DNA from: the human T2T-CHM13v2.0 reference genome, Homo sapiens | Assembly: GCF_009914755.1 (NCBI RefSeq) | Contig: NC_060947.1 | DNA: 64,000 bases | Direction: 5' to 3' (one strand) | Shown: positions 1-21,767 of the stretch, piece after piece | Position numbering within the stretch: the stretch's first letter is position 1 | Layout of the letters: every line of letters starts with the position of its first letter | Position numbers and translations under genes: made by a program | Notes under the pieces: generated by a model | What the model saw: only the letters and a program-made list of their open reading frames with translations | Database searches by the model: none | Told to the model about the DNA's origin: nothing

Positions 1-79
1 TAACTCCTGACCTCAAGTGATCTGCCCACCTCGGCCTCCCAAATTTCTGGGATTACAGGCATGAACCACCATGCCCAGC
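1..79 (-). mobile_element. Alu (5' end of left arm, cut by window edge)
   Basis: CTCCTGACCTCAAGTGATCTGCCCACCTCGGCCTCCCAAA...GGGATTACAGGCATGAACCACCATGCCCAGC is the reverse complement of the Alu 5' end. Confidence 0.95.
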
Positions 80-84
80 AAAGT

Positions 85-330
85 TTGACTTTATTAGGTT
101 CCATGTATCAGTGAGATCATGCATTGTTTGTCTTTCTGTAGTGGCTTATTTCACTTAACATAAAATACCCCAGTTTCATTCATATTGTCGCAAATGGCAT
201 GGTTTTCTTATTTTTATGGCTGAATAACAATGACTAATTATATATATATATATATAAACATATATAAACATTCTATTTATTTATCTGTAGAAAGATGCTT
301 AGGTTGTTTTCATATCTTAGCTATTTTGAA
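85..330 (-). mobile_element. Old L1 (L1MA/L1MB-type) 3' fragment
   Basis: GTGAGATCATGCATTGTTTGTCTTTCTG...CTTATTTCACTTAACATAA...TTTTATGGCTGAATAA resembles the reverse-complemented L1 3' end. Confidence 0.75.
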
Positions 331-700
331 TGACATGGTTTGGATGTTTTGTCTCTCCAAATTTCATGTTCACATATGACCTCCAATGTTGGAGGTGGGC
401 TTAGTGGGAAGTGTTTGGGTCTTGGCAGTAGATCCCTTATGAATGTCTTGGCACCATCCTCATGGTTATGAGTGAGTTCTCCTCCTGGTAGCTCATGTGA
501 GAGCTGGTTGTTTAAAATGAGTGTGGCGCTTTCCCCCCTCACTCTTGCTCCCCTCTCTCTTTTGCTCCCACTTTCACCATTTGATGTACCTGCTTCCCCT
601 TCACCTTCTTCCTCCATGCGTGAAAGTTTCCTGAGGCCTCACTAAGAGAAAATGCTGGTGCCATGCTTTCTGTACAGCCTAGAGAATGACAAGCCAAAAC
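331..700 (+). mobile_element. MST-family MaLR solo LTR (MSTB-like)
   Basis: Starts TGACATGGTTTGGATGTTTTGTC...; contains CCTCCAATGTTGGAGGTGGG, TTCCTGAGGCCTCAC, GCTGGTGCCATGCTT..GTACAGCCT. Confidence 0.8.
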
Positions 701-795
701 AAAAACTTTAATTTTTACCTACATTTATTGAGTCTCTTCGGTCTGGTAGAACATAACTGAACCTAGTCATTTCTGTAGAACTGTTAACTCAGTAA

Positions 796-1090
796 TTTTT
801 TTTTTTTTTGAGGTGGAGTTTCACTCTTGTCACCCAGGCTGGAGTGCAATGGTGCGATCTCTGCTCCCTGCAACCTCGCCGCCTAGGTTCAAGCGATTCT
901 CCTACCTCAGCTTCCTGAGTAACTGGGATTGCAGGCACCTGCCACCACGCCCAGCTAATTTTTATATTTTTAGTAGAGGTGGGGTTTCACCATGTTGACC
1001 ACGCTGGTCTCAAACTCTTGACTTCAGGTGATCCACCTGCCTCGGCCTCCCAAAGTGCTGGGATTACAGACATGAGCCACTGCGCCCGGC
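796..1090 (-). mobile_element. AluS (Sq/Sp-like), full length
   Basis: Poly-T then the dimeric Alu body; TSD AACTC(A/C)GTAATTTTT at 786-800 and 1091-1105. Confidence 0.95.
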
Positions 1091-2387
1091 AACTCCGTAA
1101 TTTTTAAATTCAATCCATAATTTTCTACATTAGGAAAGGTTTTACATTCCCTCTCCTTTTTTTTCTAAGGTGGTATTTAACTACAGGTGTAGATGACAGG
1201 CTCATTTAGAATCAAAGATGTATTCAGAGAGGAATTATCTGATTCTAGATTGTCATGTGTCCATCTCATGTATCCTTTGCAATAAATATCGTTCTGTATT
1301 GCTCTCAGCTGTAATCATTTTTCATCCTGATATTACCTAAGATAGTCATGCTATCTCTGAAATCGTAGTTGTAAGATTAATGCTGTTTTCTACTACAACA
1401 TGACATTATTTCAACAATGAGATCCTTAGAATCTACCACCTAACTTCCTTGCTTGTTTCAAATCCTTTTTTTTTTCTTTGCTTACTTTTATGCCTTTCCT
1501 GGGAGCAGAGAAAAATCTTGCTTCTCTCTTCTGTCACGCTGCAGCCACAAAAAGCTTCACAAACTGTCTCAGAGCAAACTGATCTTTCTAGTAAAACTTG
1601 ACCTCTTTGCCTAATTTGTCTGCTGTTACACGATGCTGAAGTGTAGTAAAGGCTGGAGTCTTGAAGATCTCTAAGTCATATGATAAACAAAGCACAGATT
1701 TCTACTCTTTGTAAATTGTATTCTATTTGGAAGTTCTATTCCCCTCACCTTCCTCAAAACTTGAATGTGCTTTAAGTGAGGCATAATTCAAGATCCTTTT
1801 AAGAAACACTCTCCAGCATCTAATATGTATGTTTCTTTTCTTACTCAGCCTCTGCCCCCTCTTGCCAAGCCAAGCAGTTTTAGTGAAATGTCTGCCGTGG
1901 CCTCCCTTCCATTGGACAGTGGCAGCCAAAGACTAGCTTGAGTAGTGACCAACAATTTGGGAGACAAAGTTATTGCAGGTAGATGTGCACAGACACATGC
2001 ACACATAGGTAAATATTTCAAAAAATAACTTTGTCACAGCTAACCCTATTCTAATATTGCTATGGAACATACAATATGATAAACACATAGTACATATTCA
2101 GTATGTTTGTGAATTTAAAAATGTATTGGTTCTGCTCTCTTCAAGACAGAGATATTACATTTGAATTCATGTAAGTTCATTTTTTTGCATTGATTTACTA
2201 TGAATTAAAAGTAAAACAAATAAGGAATGTATACCAGAGAAATCGTCAACACCTTGGGAGATACTAAGATGGATTTACATGTAAAATCTGCCCTCAATGA
2301 GTTTATATGCTAATAGGAAGAGACATATTTGTTCATAAATAACTCTAACACAAAGCAGATTGTGTGCCATAATAATAAGACATATTA

Positions 2388-2535
2388 ATAGCTACAATTT
2401 ATTAGACTTTAATATCTGCCAAGCTCCATGCTTGGTACTTCATATACATTAACTTATTTATTGCACATAACAACTAGTGATGTTGTTGTTATCATTTCAG
2501 TAGAAATAAAAAATCAGAGAAAGATAAGATTAACA
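2388..2535 (-). mobile_element. MIR fragment
   Basis: ATAGCTACAATTTATTAGAC...CATATACATTAACTTATTTA..CACATAACAAC resembles the MIR core (reverse). Confidence 0.55.
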
Positions 2536-3554
2536 TGAGTGGGGTGGGATTAAGACCTTCCTCATTAATGAAGCAACATTTAAACTAGGTCTTTATTAAA
2601 ATGGGTGGGAAACTTAGAGGTGTATTTGGAGAATACAATGTTATTGGCATCAAAATAACAAGAGATTTGTGAGGGGTTAATATGATTAGGAATGTACTTT
2701 GAAGAGATTTCTGATAGAAGTTTGAAGATCAGAGAGTAAAAATAACTCTCTCATCAAGAAGAATAAAATTAAATGTTAAATGCATCTTTAATGAATAATT
2801 GGCACATTAACTGAAAATTGCAGATTTTAATAACTCTATAAATTCTTATAACTTAAGCAAGTCTACAAATCCATAGTCCAGTTATGCATCAGTGCTCAAG
2901 GTACAGTGAAATTAGAAGCCAATGACATGTATGTCCCCTTTTAAAAAGCCGGATATTTAAATGTCTTTTGCTATCAAACACATAAAAATCTTCAAAAATG
3001 CCATTATTTGATAATTACATTATATCTATTAAGTAATGAGTATTTGATGACTATATTTCAATCCTTGAAAAAAGAAAGAAACTATAGTTATCTAATAATG
3101 TGATTGATTCACCTAATCCAAGGGACCTCTCTTTTGAATGAATCCTATAATTATTTATGGTCTTTAATCGAGCTTACATAGACACCAATTTTTGTCACCT
3201 CAACTTTATGTTATAAATGTGTTAATAGATAAGAATCTGGAGCAAAATAAAAAGATCAAAGATTTTACAAGTCTAGGCGATAAAATTTGATCTGAACTAA
3301 AAATCAAATTTAAAAGGCACTCTTTTAAGCAATGTTTCTGTCCATTATAGCTGAGATTTAATAATTAATTACTGATGTCTCCATAATTTTCTGATAAGAT
3401 TATGGGGCTAATAAAAGCAAAATTACATATTTTTGTAATTGTATAAGTCGATTAGCTTTCCACAGATAAACACACCATCTTTTCTCAGTGCTATTGATGA
3501 AAATTATGCTCAACAAACCACTGATTTCATTAGATATTGATAGGAATTATGTTA

Positions 3555-3770
3555 GAAAGAGATTCTCTGGACAACTTAGTTTGAGAAAGTACTAACTTCA
3601 AAATTACTGCGAATTACTTCAAAATACCAACTTCAGATTTTCATTTTGTTTTGTTTTTATTATAAACTTTCTCTTCACGTTTAAAATGCCCATATGCACT
3701 GCAAATTTCTAAGAAAATAATATAGTATGTAGTATTTCTTAAAATTATATCACAGAATCCTTTATTATGT
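3555..3770. mobile_element. Possible degraded hAT/Charlie-type DNA transposon remnant
   Basis: Weak resemblance (ATATGCACTGCAAATTTCTAAG..ATATAGTATGTAG) to old MER/Charlie elements; not verified. Confidence 0.3.
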
Positions 3771-4085
3771 AAACTTTTTACCCAAATATTAAGCTATAAA
3801 ATATATTTGAATATTCCGCTGTATGCCATACAATAAAAATTCTTGTAATATGTGTTTTTTAAAAATTTTTATTATAAGTTCCAGGGTACATGTGCAGGAT
3901 GTGCAGGTTTGTTACATAGGTAAACGTGTGCCATGGTGGTTTGCTGCACCTATCAACCCATCACCTAAGTATTAAGCCCAGCATGCATTAGCTATTTTTC
4001 TCGATGCTCTCCCTCCCTCAACCTCACCTACCAACAGGCCCAAGTGTGTGTTGTTACCCTCCCTGAGTCCATGTGTTCTCATTGT

Positions 4086-7877
<3,792 letters not shown>

Positions 7878-7929
7878 CGTGATGCTAGCTGGTTATTTTA
7901 CAGACCTCTTTATGTAGGTGCTTCATAGT

Positions 7930-9012
7930 GTAACTGGTCTGTATACTTCAGTGTGTTTCTGTAGTGGCTGGTTACTTTTTTTTTAAACATATTTAGTGCT
8001 TCCTTCAGGAGCTTGTGCAAGGCAGGCCTGGTGTTGATGAATTCCCTCAACATTTGGTTGTCTGAAAAAGATTTTATCTCTTCTTTGCTTCTGAAGTTTA
8101 GTTTGGCCAGATATGAAATTCTAGACTTAAATTTTTTTCCTTTAAAAACGTTAAATATAGCCACCACCCCCCCCATTTCTTATGACTTGTAGGGTTTCTG
8201 CTGAGAGGTCTGCTGTTGGTCTGATGGGCTTCTATTTATGGGTGACCTGGGCTTTCTCTCTAGCTGTCCTTAACATTTTTTGCATTCATTTTGACCTTGG
8301 ATAATCTGATGATTATGTGTATTGGGGTTGATATTCTCATGGAGTATCTTACCGGAGTTCTCTGGATTTCCTGAATTTGAATGTTGGCTTCTTGTGCTAG
8401 GTTGGGGAAATTCTCTGGAATAATATCCTGAAGTGTGTTTTCCAACTTGGTTCCATTCTTCACATCTCTTTCAAGTACCCCTATCAGTCGTAGGTTTGGT
8501 CTTTTAACATAATCCCATAGTTCTTGGAGGTTTTGTTTGTTCTTTTATATTATCCTTTTTCTCTAATTTTGTGTGCCTGCCTTATTTCAGCAAAATAGTC
8601 TTCAAGCTCTGATATCCTTTCTTCCACCTGGTCTATTGAGCTATTAACAGAAGTTACATAGTTATACTAGTGTTTGCATTGTGAAGGTCTCATGTTGTGT
8701 TTTTCTGCTCCATCAGGTCATTTATGTTCCTCTCTAAACTGGTTATTCTGGTTAATAGCTCCTGTATGTTCTAGTTAATAGCTTCTGTAATGTCTTATCG
8801 TGGTTCTTAGCTTCTTGCAATGAGTTATAACATACTCCTTTAGTTCAGTGAAGTTTGTTATTACCCATCTTCTGAATCCTACTTCTTTCAATGTATCCAT
8901 CTCAGCCTCAGCCCAGTTCTGTGCCCTTGCTGGAAATGTGTTGAGATCACTTGGAGAAGAGGCACTCTGGCTTTTTGAGTTTTTAGCATTTTTGCTTTGA
9001 TTTTTTTCTCAT
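7930..9012 (-). pseudogene. L1 ORF1 (RNA-binding chaperone), disrupted
   Basis: ATG at 9012; fragments LENTLQDIIPENFPNLA..IQIQEIQRTP and RISYLAKLNF..EIKSFSD..LREF..RPAL. Confidence 0.88.
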
Positions 9013-10569
9013 CTTCATGGGTTTATCTACCTTTAATCTTTGAGGCTGCCGACCTTTGGATAGGGTTTTTGTGGGGTCTTTTTTGTTGATTTCATGGTTA
9101 TTGTTGTTGTTTTCTGTTTGTTTTTCTTTTAGCAGTCAGGCCCCTCTTCCATAGGGCTGCTGCAGTTTGCTGGGGGTCCACTCCAGACCCTATTCACCTG
9201 GGTCCCTCCTGCCACTGGAAGTATCACCAGTGGAGGCTGCAGACCATCAAAGATGGCAGCCTGATCCCTCCTCTGTCCCAGAGGGGCACCGACCTGATGC
9301 CAGCCAGAATGAACCTGTATGAGGTGTCTGGAGACTCCCATTGGGAGGTCTCACCCAGTCAGGAGGAGCAGGATCAGGGACCCACCTAAATAAGCAGTCC
9401 GGCTGCCCCTCGGCAGAGCAGGTGTGCTGCTCTGGGGGGATTCCCCCTCGTCCAACCTGTTCTGACTCTCAAAAACCAGCAGGCAGAAAAGATTAAGACG
9501 ATTGATCCACGATACCATAGCCATCCCTCCTCCTAGGTGCTCCTCTCAGGGATATCAGAGTTCTGTCCATAAACCCCTGGCTGGGGATGCTGAAATTCCT
9601 GTAGGGAGGCCCCGCCCAGTGAGAAAGAGTGGATTGGGGTCCCACCTAAAGAAATATTCTGGCCACTACCTGCTTCAGATACTGTGCTATGCTGTGGGGA
9701 ATTGCTCCTGGTCCATACTGGCCAGTCTCGCTGGCACCAGCAGTAGGGGAAAAAGGCCAACTGGAGCCGCAGTGATTGCGACTGTCTCTCTCCCCCAGGA
9801 ACTAAGTCTTCTTAGGCAATCTCCAGCCTGCTGTGCTGGCCAGTTGGGATTCCAAGCCAGTGAGTTTTACCTTGTGGGGCTCCATGGGAGTGAGGCTGCT
9901 TGGCTTCCTGGCTTCAGCCCCCTTCCCACTGGAGTGGATGGATCTCTTGCCTTACTAGAGTTCCCAGAGCCAGAGTATGCAAATACTCCTGTGTCTCAGT
10001 GCCTGCTCGAGTTTCTGCCCACTTGAGCAGCCTCTGTGAGTCTGCACAGCAGTGTTCTTGGGATCCAAGGCCCTGGTGGCGTGGGCTCACGTGGGGACCT
10101 CCTGATCCTCAGGTTGCAAGGATCCGTGGGAAAAGCATGATCTTCAGGGAGGCTAGCACAATCCCTCACCACCTCCCTTAGCTGGAGGAGGGAGCTCCCT
10201 TTGCGCTGTGTAGCTCTCGGGTGGGCCCTCACTCCACCCTGCTTTTTATTGCTCTCTGTGGGTCACGCCAACCACCTAGTCAGTCCCAATGAGAGAACCT
10301 TGGTACCTCAATTGAAGATGCAGAATTCACTCGCAGTTTTCATCCTTCTTGGTGGGAGGTGCAGAGCAGAGCTGTTTCTATTTGGCCATCTTGGCTGCTC
10401 CCCTCCATATGTGTTGTTTTTATGTTCAGATTCAAATAATCCTAATACATGGGGAAAAATTAATGATTTCTTTCTCTATGTGTATCTGGTTGGCTACTTT
10501 ATTCAAATAATACTTAGATGGATGCTGATTGGACACATTTCATAAGCCAATGGCTATTTGCTGCATGGT

Positions 10570-11050
10570 GACAGTTTAGTTTCTGTTTCCCTGAAGTCGG
10601 AGATTTAAACGCAAAGAATTTACTTGGGTGGGACAGGGAACACCAGCAGAGGCATTGATGTGTAAGACAGGGAAGGCAAGGCAGCTGATAATGAGTATGT
10701 TCTTAAGCCAGTTACCACAATGGACAACCAAATATTAATCTTGCAAGCAAATCCTGTAAAACTTTTCAAAAATGCATGCTTTCACATTATCCCAGCTATG
10801 GGATGCTGGAACTGTGATGTTCATACCTGCACACCAACCAGTCATTTGTTAAGGGCCGTCCTTGGGAGTTAGGAGTGGGTTGGGGAGGTGATAAGGGGGA
10901 TTGTTTTCTAGGCACTTCTGGGCAAAATGGTCTCTGGCAGTACTACTCAAGACATTATCTGTTAACAGAACATGTTTACCAATTATGGGAATAGCTTTCC
11001 AAATTGCCAGTGCATATGAAGTGGTGAATAGATTGCAAGGAATCATCTAA
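10570..11050. mobile_element. ERVL-type solo LTR (LTR33-like)
   Basis: GACAGGGAAGGCAAGGCAGCTGATAATGAG..TTCTTAAGCCAGTTACCACAATGGACAAC resembles old ERVL LTRs. Confidence 0.5.
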
Positions 11051-11069
11051 TAATAGATTAATGGGGCTT

Positions 11070-12300
11070 GAGAACAAGATGGTGAATTGGGCATGCATTT
11101 CTTACCTCCTATTGCATTGAATTTTCAAGACATGGGGAAAAAGAGCCTTGCAAGGGAAAAAGTCATTAAAGCAGTGGAAAATAAGAAATGGTACCACCAG
11201 TAGTCTAGAAATGTTGAGAGACTTCTAACAAGAGGAAAGTAGGTAGAATGGCATTGGCAAAGAAAATTAGATCCCAAAATATGCAGAGAGGCTTCTTATA
11301 GGTAAGAATGGTTCTGTGGAAGCTCTAAGCATGGGGTCACTTCATGAAGAAATGGAAGAGAGTCTTGAAGTGTATATCAGGGTGATTAATTAGAAAACTT
11401 TGGAGCAGCAAAGTTTTTTTTTTTTTTTTCCTCTCCACTTCTTTTATTTGTGTTGAATACTTGGCAGAAGGCCATGAGTATTAGTCCTGAGGCTGAGAAT
11501 GAACAGCAGAGCTCATATTGCCTTTAGACACCCAGAAGAGGCGGGGAATCTCTGACAGTCAGAGGACAACTGTATCAGGAACATGTTCCCTTTCCCTTCA
11601 CTCTGCCAGAGCAGACCGTGGTAAACAGATTAGGCAGGAGATGGAGACAGAAGTGCTCAAAACAATTCTGAGCACACCAACATGAACTATCAAATATCTG
11701 AGGGAAATAAATATCATAGAAAGCAAAATGCTAAAATTAAGCAACAGGAGATTTAACACTCCCCTCCTTCACCAGATGAGGGGGAGGGGAGACACTTAAT
11801 ATGGTGTGGTTGAAGAGTAGAATGTTCTCTGATAATTGGTGAATTACCAAGTAATATTGAACCAAATAATTCTTTACCAAAGCAAGTGAAATGGGTACAT
11901 GCTGGAACATAAGAGGGAAAACCGAACCTTGGTGAAAAGAGATCCAGATATACTATTGTTATTCTAGGTAGATTTCCAGAGAGAGAGGTTAAAATAAATG
12001 TAAAGAGGAAAAGTAACTAAATCATGGAAGAAAATTTCCCAGACTTACTGCTGACCACCGGCAAGTTGGATGGCAAAAAGGATAAATGTTAACTATCCAC
12101 ACGTAGACACATAGTGATGAAATGTTAGAACAGTGACGATAAAGATAAAAACCTTTAAATGGTTTCACACAGAAAAATGAAACAAAAACAAAGCAAAAAC
12201 ATGCAGAGTCTCCACAAAAGAGAATGAGTCATATCACTGTCACACTTATTATCTACAACATCAGGTAAAAAACGTGGAGCAGGAATACTTGATATTAAAT
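11070..12300 (+). mobile_element. Very old L1/HAL1-like 5'/ORF1 remnants
   Basis: AACAAGATGG start motif; A-rich; GAAGAAAATTTCCCAGAC (ENFP-like) and AGACACATAGTGATGAAAT (RHIVMK-like). Confidence 0.45.
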
Positions 12301-12547
12301 AATAGCATCAAGAAAGGCTCATCAACATTAAATACAACTGATTTGTTAGGAAAGAGAAGTAAAATTCATCAAATGCCTAACGGATTAAAACTTTTGTAAT
12401 ATGATTTTATCTCACCTAGAGGTAGATAAGGCATAGAGATACTAATTACTCAAAGCAAGACAGAAGTTATGAGTAGATGTATGATACAAACTCATGTCTT
12501 TTAGATGCTATGAGCTCTTGTCCTATCCATTGCTATATTCTTTGTAT

Positions 12548-16595
<4,048 letters not shown>

Positions 16596-16668
16596 AGCAA
16601 TCAAGCAAGACCCCCATCTCAAAAAAAAAAAAAAAAAAGAAAGAAAAAGAAAAGAAAAGAAAAAAAAG
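16596..16668 (+). mobile_element. Alu/FLAM 3' remnant with A-rich tail
   Basis: AGCAAGACCCCCATCTC followed by a poly-A and GAAAA-type repeats. Confidence 0.6.
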
Positions 16669-17329
16669 CAACAGCAGCCATGAGGATATTTGGAAGAAAA
16701 TTTGACACATGAGTGCTGTTGGTAATAACTTTGTAAAAATTACACAAGCCATGGAGCATGTTGTTATGACAATTCCAGACTGAAATATGAGCGTAAGACA
16801 ACATAGTTATATCAACTGTGACAAGCTTCCAATTTCCTGTTATTACATTGAATTTCACGTGCTTGCATTAACATCAGAAATACAGTATAATATATATTAG
16901 ATACACACATACACAGATAGTTTTACCACCCCCCTCCTAAAAAAAAGGAGAAATGGAAAGGCATTTCTATATAAACAATAAAATAACAAAAGCAACATAA
17001 TAAACCAAAGTACTTGTAAAGCCACAACATAAGCAAGGATTGATGTCCCCCAATACACAGGACTGATATGGTTCTGTAAAGTTGCAGCTGATGCTAATAG
17101 CATGGCTTGGAAGCAGTCATAATCCAGAATGCATACAAAGGCATAAGAAATTCTCATTCTGAAAGTGAGTGCTTAACCCAGAAACATAGATTACCCAAGG
17201 AAGCACAATGCCATTGGTAGAAACACTCCAGTAAGTGTTAACACTCATACTGGCACACTAGGAATACTAGAGTACTCTATACTGACTTAAATACATTTAA
17301 TACCCTCAATAAACAAAGGGATCAAGTTC

Positions 17330-17830
17330 ATTGTATTGGTTATTAGTTAGAAATTACGAAAAAAAAATGAACCAGGGAACAATAAGTAGACATTTATGAA
17401 GAATAACTATTGTGGTATTTTGAAAAAAAATGTGTTGAAATACAGTAAAAATATTAACACAAGTTTTTTGCTGAATAAACACAGCCAAAAAATAAGTTAG
17501 TAGGCAGAAAGGTCAGGTGTAGCAGTATTCTGAAACAGATTTTAAAATATATATAAAAAAGGGAAGCCATGAAAGAGAAGACTGGAAAAATATATAGATC
17601 ACCTTAATTTTTTAACTAAGATTTCTGAATGAAAGGGTTGAAAACTGATGGGTCCAAAATAATTGAAAAAATCATAAATAAAAATTTTCCAGAATTGAAA
17701 GTACGTATGGATCCTGATATTGGAATAACTCTTTTGGTATATAGCAGGGCAAATGAAAAAATGAAACTTGTCCAGAATCTTGTAGTTTCAATTTTGAGTC
17801 ACAGATAAGAAGAAATTTCTAGAAGTTAAC
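17330..17830 (+). mobile_element. Degraded L1/HAL1 ORF1-like remnant
   Basis: A-rich; AAAATTTTCCAGAATTGAAAG (NFPELK-like). Confidence 0.35.
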
Positions 17831-17971
17831 CACAGTACACTTTCAAATTCCCCTAGAGAGTGGTTAAAAATTCTCAACAAATGTGTCAATATTTTCCAAG
17901 TATGAAATTTTGGGCGATTAATATACATGATGGCTGGTGTTGGTGCTCTTACTTTTTTCTGTTTCTTTCAG

Positions 17972-17979
17972 AGTAGAAA
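17972..17979 (+). other. Weak candidate microexon (8 nt, AGTAGAAA)
   Basis: TGCTCTTACTTTTTTCTGTTTCTTTCAG|AGTAGAAA|GTAATG. Confidence 0.2.
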
Positions 17980-19382
17980 GTAATGTTTAACTACATTAAT
18001 CCTATTTAAGATTTCTTTTCAATCATTATTTAAAACTGCTATAGCAATTAAAGGATGTTTTACTGTTTGGTATTATGTCATAGATTTGAAAATTATTGCT
18101 GTAAAATATCATCAGTGTTTTAATGAATGGAGAGCATCGTCTATGTGTATTCTGAATTCTTAGTCTTGCTGCCCACATGTATTAAATTGTATGAGCTATT
18201 GAGAAGAGAAGAATCTCATAAGTAAACAGGAAAACCAGGATAATATTCCTATAAGCACTCTGATACTATTTTTCTCCTTGCTACAAAATGTCTTTTTCTA
18301 CTTTTTAAAGTGATTCATATTTATTTTTTATGAAATTATCTATCTTTGAATCTATATAGTCTATCAATATATTTGAATATACAAAATCATCTCTGTGGCT
18401 ACTGTTTTATATAATATCCCTCATTTTAATTCATATATTTTAAGTTACCTATGATTTAAAACAACTAATATTGGCATTGAATTTCAAAATCTACAGATTT
18501 TAGTGTCAGTTTAATGGAATATGCAAGCAGAGGTCAACGGCATGATCTTTTTATAAATATATATTTAAATAAACTATTATGTACGCTTATTTTACATAAG
18601 ATTATATTCTCTGAAGTTCATGTGACAGCTTTCAAATGTAGCTAACATGGATTGTCTTTAGATGAAATTACATCTTCTTTGTAAGCTATCTGTTCCCTTT
18701 ACCACGTATTTAACTACTAAGCATGGAGTAAAGGGGAAAAGATACGAGTCAGTGTCTAAGTCAAGGATATAAAATAAAATACCTCCTATCTCTGAAAAGC
18801 TTAGACTGCAAAATTTGTTGAGCAAATATGCATAGTGATTTAACAGTTTAACTTTTCTTCCCTCATATCAGAACATTCAGCTAATGTATTTACTATGAGA
18901 ATTTCTACTGTTTTTATGAGTGGAAGATTGAGGTTAGGTTGAGGTACAAAATAAACTACCTAACAAAAAAATCCGCAAGCAAACAAAGAATTGTACTTAT
19001 CTACTGCTCAAAATTTGGGAGGAAAAGAGATGTTATGTACCACAGTTAAAAATATATTTCTGTATATAGCCATGCCCAAGGGCAGTAACGATGTCTTATT
19101 TAAATTATTACCCCTGATGCCTACAACATATAATTTTGCTACACAGTTGAGTAAGCTGCCTATATAAACTAAGGTTTAAAGGAAAGTTCACAGATACTTA
19201 ATAGAATTGATAGTTAAAGTACAAATAAGACTTTATATGCCTGGTTATTTTGTAATGTATCTACTCTAGAGTATTGGAATAAAAAACATGAAGGACATTG
19301 GCCTGCACTCTTCAAAACTATCAAGGTCATGAAAGACAGACCTCTTCCTGATTAAAGGAGACTTAATAGATACAATACCTAA

Positions 19383-19740
<358 letters not shown>

Positions 19741-19864
19741 GTGTTGTTGTTATTCTTTTGCAATAATGGACATGAAATTAATTGGTGAAATCTGAAAAAG
19801 TTTTTAGATCTAAATAATAATAGTGTATCAAAGTTAATTTCCTGATTTTGATAATGTCCTATGA

Positions 19865-20080
19865 CAAGCTTGTCCAACCTGCCACCCTCCAGCCACGTGC
19901 AGCTCAGGATGACTTTGAATGCGGCCCAACACAAATTTTTAAATTTTCTTAAAACCTTATGAGTTTTTTTTTTTTTTTGAGACTCGTCAGCTATCATTAG
20001 TGTTAGTGTATTTTATATGTGGCCCAAGACAATTCTTCTTCCAGTGTGGCCCAGGGAAGCCAAAAGATTGGACACCCCTG
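19865..20080. mobile_element. MER30 (hAT-Charlie non-autonomous DNA transposon)
   Basis: CAAGCTTGTCCAACC...TTTGAATGCGGCCCAACACAAATT...GGAAGCCAAAAGATTGGACACCCCTG with imperfect terminal inverted repeats. Confidence 0.88.
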
Positions 20081-21758
20081 TTATGGCTAAGTGAAAGAAT
20101 TTCCTTGGTTTTTTTAAAAAAAAGGAAGCACTGCAACATTTAGAAATAAAAGGCATCATGTCTGCAACGTAAGAGTACACAGGAGAAGACGTAGTAACAG
20201 ATTAACATTTGAAGAATCTAGGTGAATATTATACAAGAATCGTTTGCTCTATAATTGCAGCAGTTATGTAAATTTGAATTTTTTGAAGGTGATGAATTAA
20301 GATACAGACTAAAAGCACACTTCCAAAATGGCAATAACTTATAGGTGAGTTCAGTGAATTGGCAGGGAAGGGAACAATAGAAAGACAGCTTGGAAGATTT
20401 TCAATAGCAGCTGTCCATTTAGTAGAACAAATCAGCAGTTCCTGCTTTTTTCTCAATGCTGTGGCATTGTTTTCACTGGGGCTTTAAAGGGAAGTGGCTG
20501 CATGCCAGTTTCTGTGTTCTCATCCAGCTGTTCAGACACTAAAATGACTTAAGTAACAAAGGCTGAAGTTTGAGAAGCCATGCAGTTTGCCTCCAAGACA
20601 AGTGAACATGTTAACAGAATATTTACAAATTTATTTAAAATGGCAATCATTGGTCCTGAGAGATAGGGAAGAAAGCGTTCTTACTTAACTAAGAAAATGA
20701 TCAGTAGGTGAAATATCCAAGAGGTGTTTCTTAATACATCTCTATTCTGCTCCTATTTTATCCTGTTATACTGCAGTTCCCTGAATTCTCAAACTCAGAA
20801 TTTGACAAAGTAGAAAAAAATTAAGTGAATTTACTTGATGTTTTGAAAACAAAACACAAACAGCTTTGCCTAGTACATGTATAAAGTTATTACATAGTCG
20901 CTATAGATTGACTTTCCACCTTTCAAAATAATAGACAACAAAAATGAATCTGAATTTGTAAAGCACATTTAACCTCCTCAAGCTCTTGAAATAAAGTTAT
21001 TCATTAGCAATATCTCAATGATTAAATTCAGGATAACATGGGATTTTTTGAAAAAGTGTGAAAGCAAATAGAAGCATTTAATAGCTGGTTTACTATTTTG
21101 TGTTCTGTGGAAGATTATGTTTCAATTTAATAAATAATGAAAAAGAACATTTCCTTCCTATTTTTAAGTAAAAATATGAGTTGTATTCGAGCATGGTTGT
21201 GGTGCACTTCTTTTGGAGACTTACTTAGTTATTTAACTTGTAAATATCCAGGAAATCTGAAAAACTAAAATAAACCAAATATTTTCATTATAAGTAGCAT
21301 ACCATTTGAATATTTAAAGTATGCTACAAAAATAACACGTAAGGTGTACACTTCTTGTTAAGAAGATTAAAAAAAGCAATGCTTATAGTCTTCCAACTCA
21401 CTCATCATGGGGCTTCATTATTTGAATTTATTCAAAGAGTAAACAAGCAAAACCTCTCAAATCTCATTCTGCATAAATCTGATAATGGTTCTGACCAATT
21501 AAAACTTAGGTGACCAAAATAGATCATCTGTACTTTATTATGTGGAGCACTTCACAGAATAATTATTTGAAGGATAAATAAAAGTTAACTACTCTCCATT
21601 TTCAAAGCTAGCAAAAACCAGTTCCATTGTATGTTTTCAATTAAGCAACACAATTTACCAGAACCCAAGGATTTTTATAAGCAGTTTATCTACCCCTAAT
21701 AATGGACTAGACAGTAAAGTAACTTGATCTCTGCCTTTTGTTTTTTTTCTTGGCCAAG

Positions 21759-21767
21759 GAGGTGATG
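21759..21767 (+). other. Candidate 9-nt microexon (GAGGTGATG)
   Basis: AG-free pyrimidine-rich stretch GTAACTTGATCTCTGCCTTTTGTTTTTTTTCTTGGCCAAG | GAGGTGATG | GTAAGT, in non-repeat DNA. Confidence 0.45.

Noticed and set aside
9502-10026. 174-aa plus-strand ORF antisense to the L1 5'UTR (possible ORF0 analogue)
   Set aside because: Non-ATG start, lies in stop-poor GC-rich UTR, and shows no resemblance to ORF0 that I can recognise
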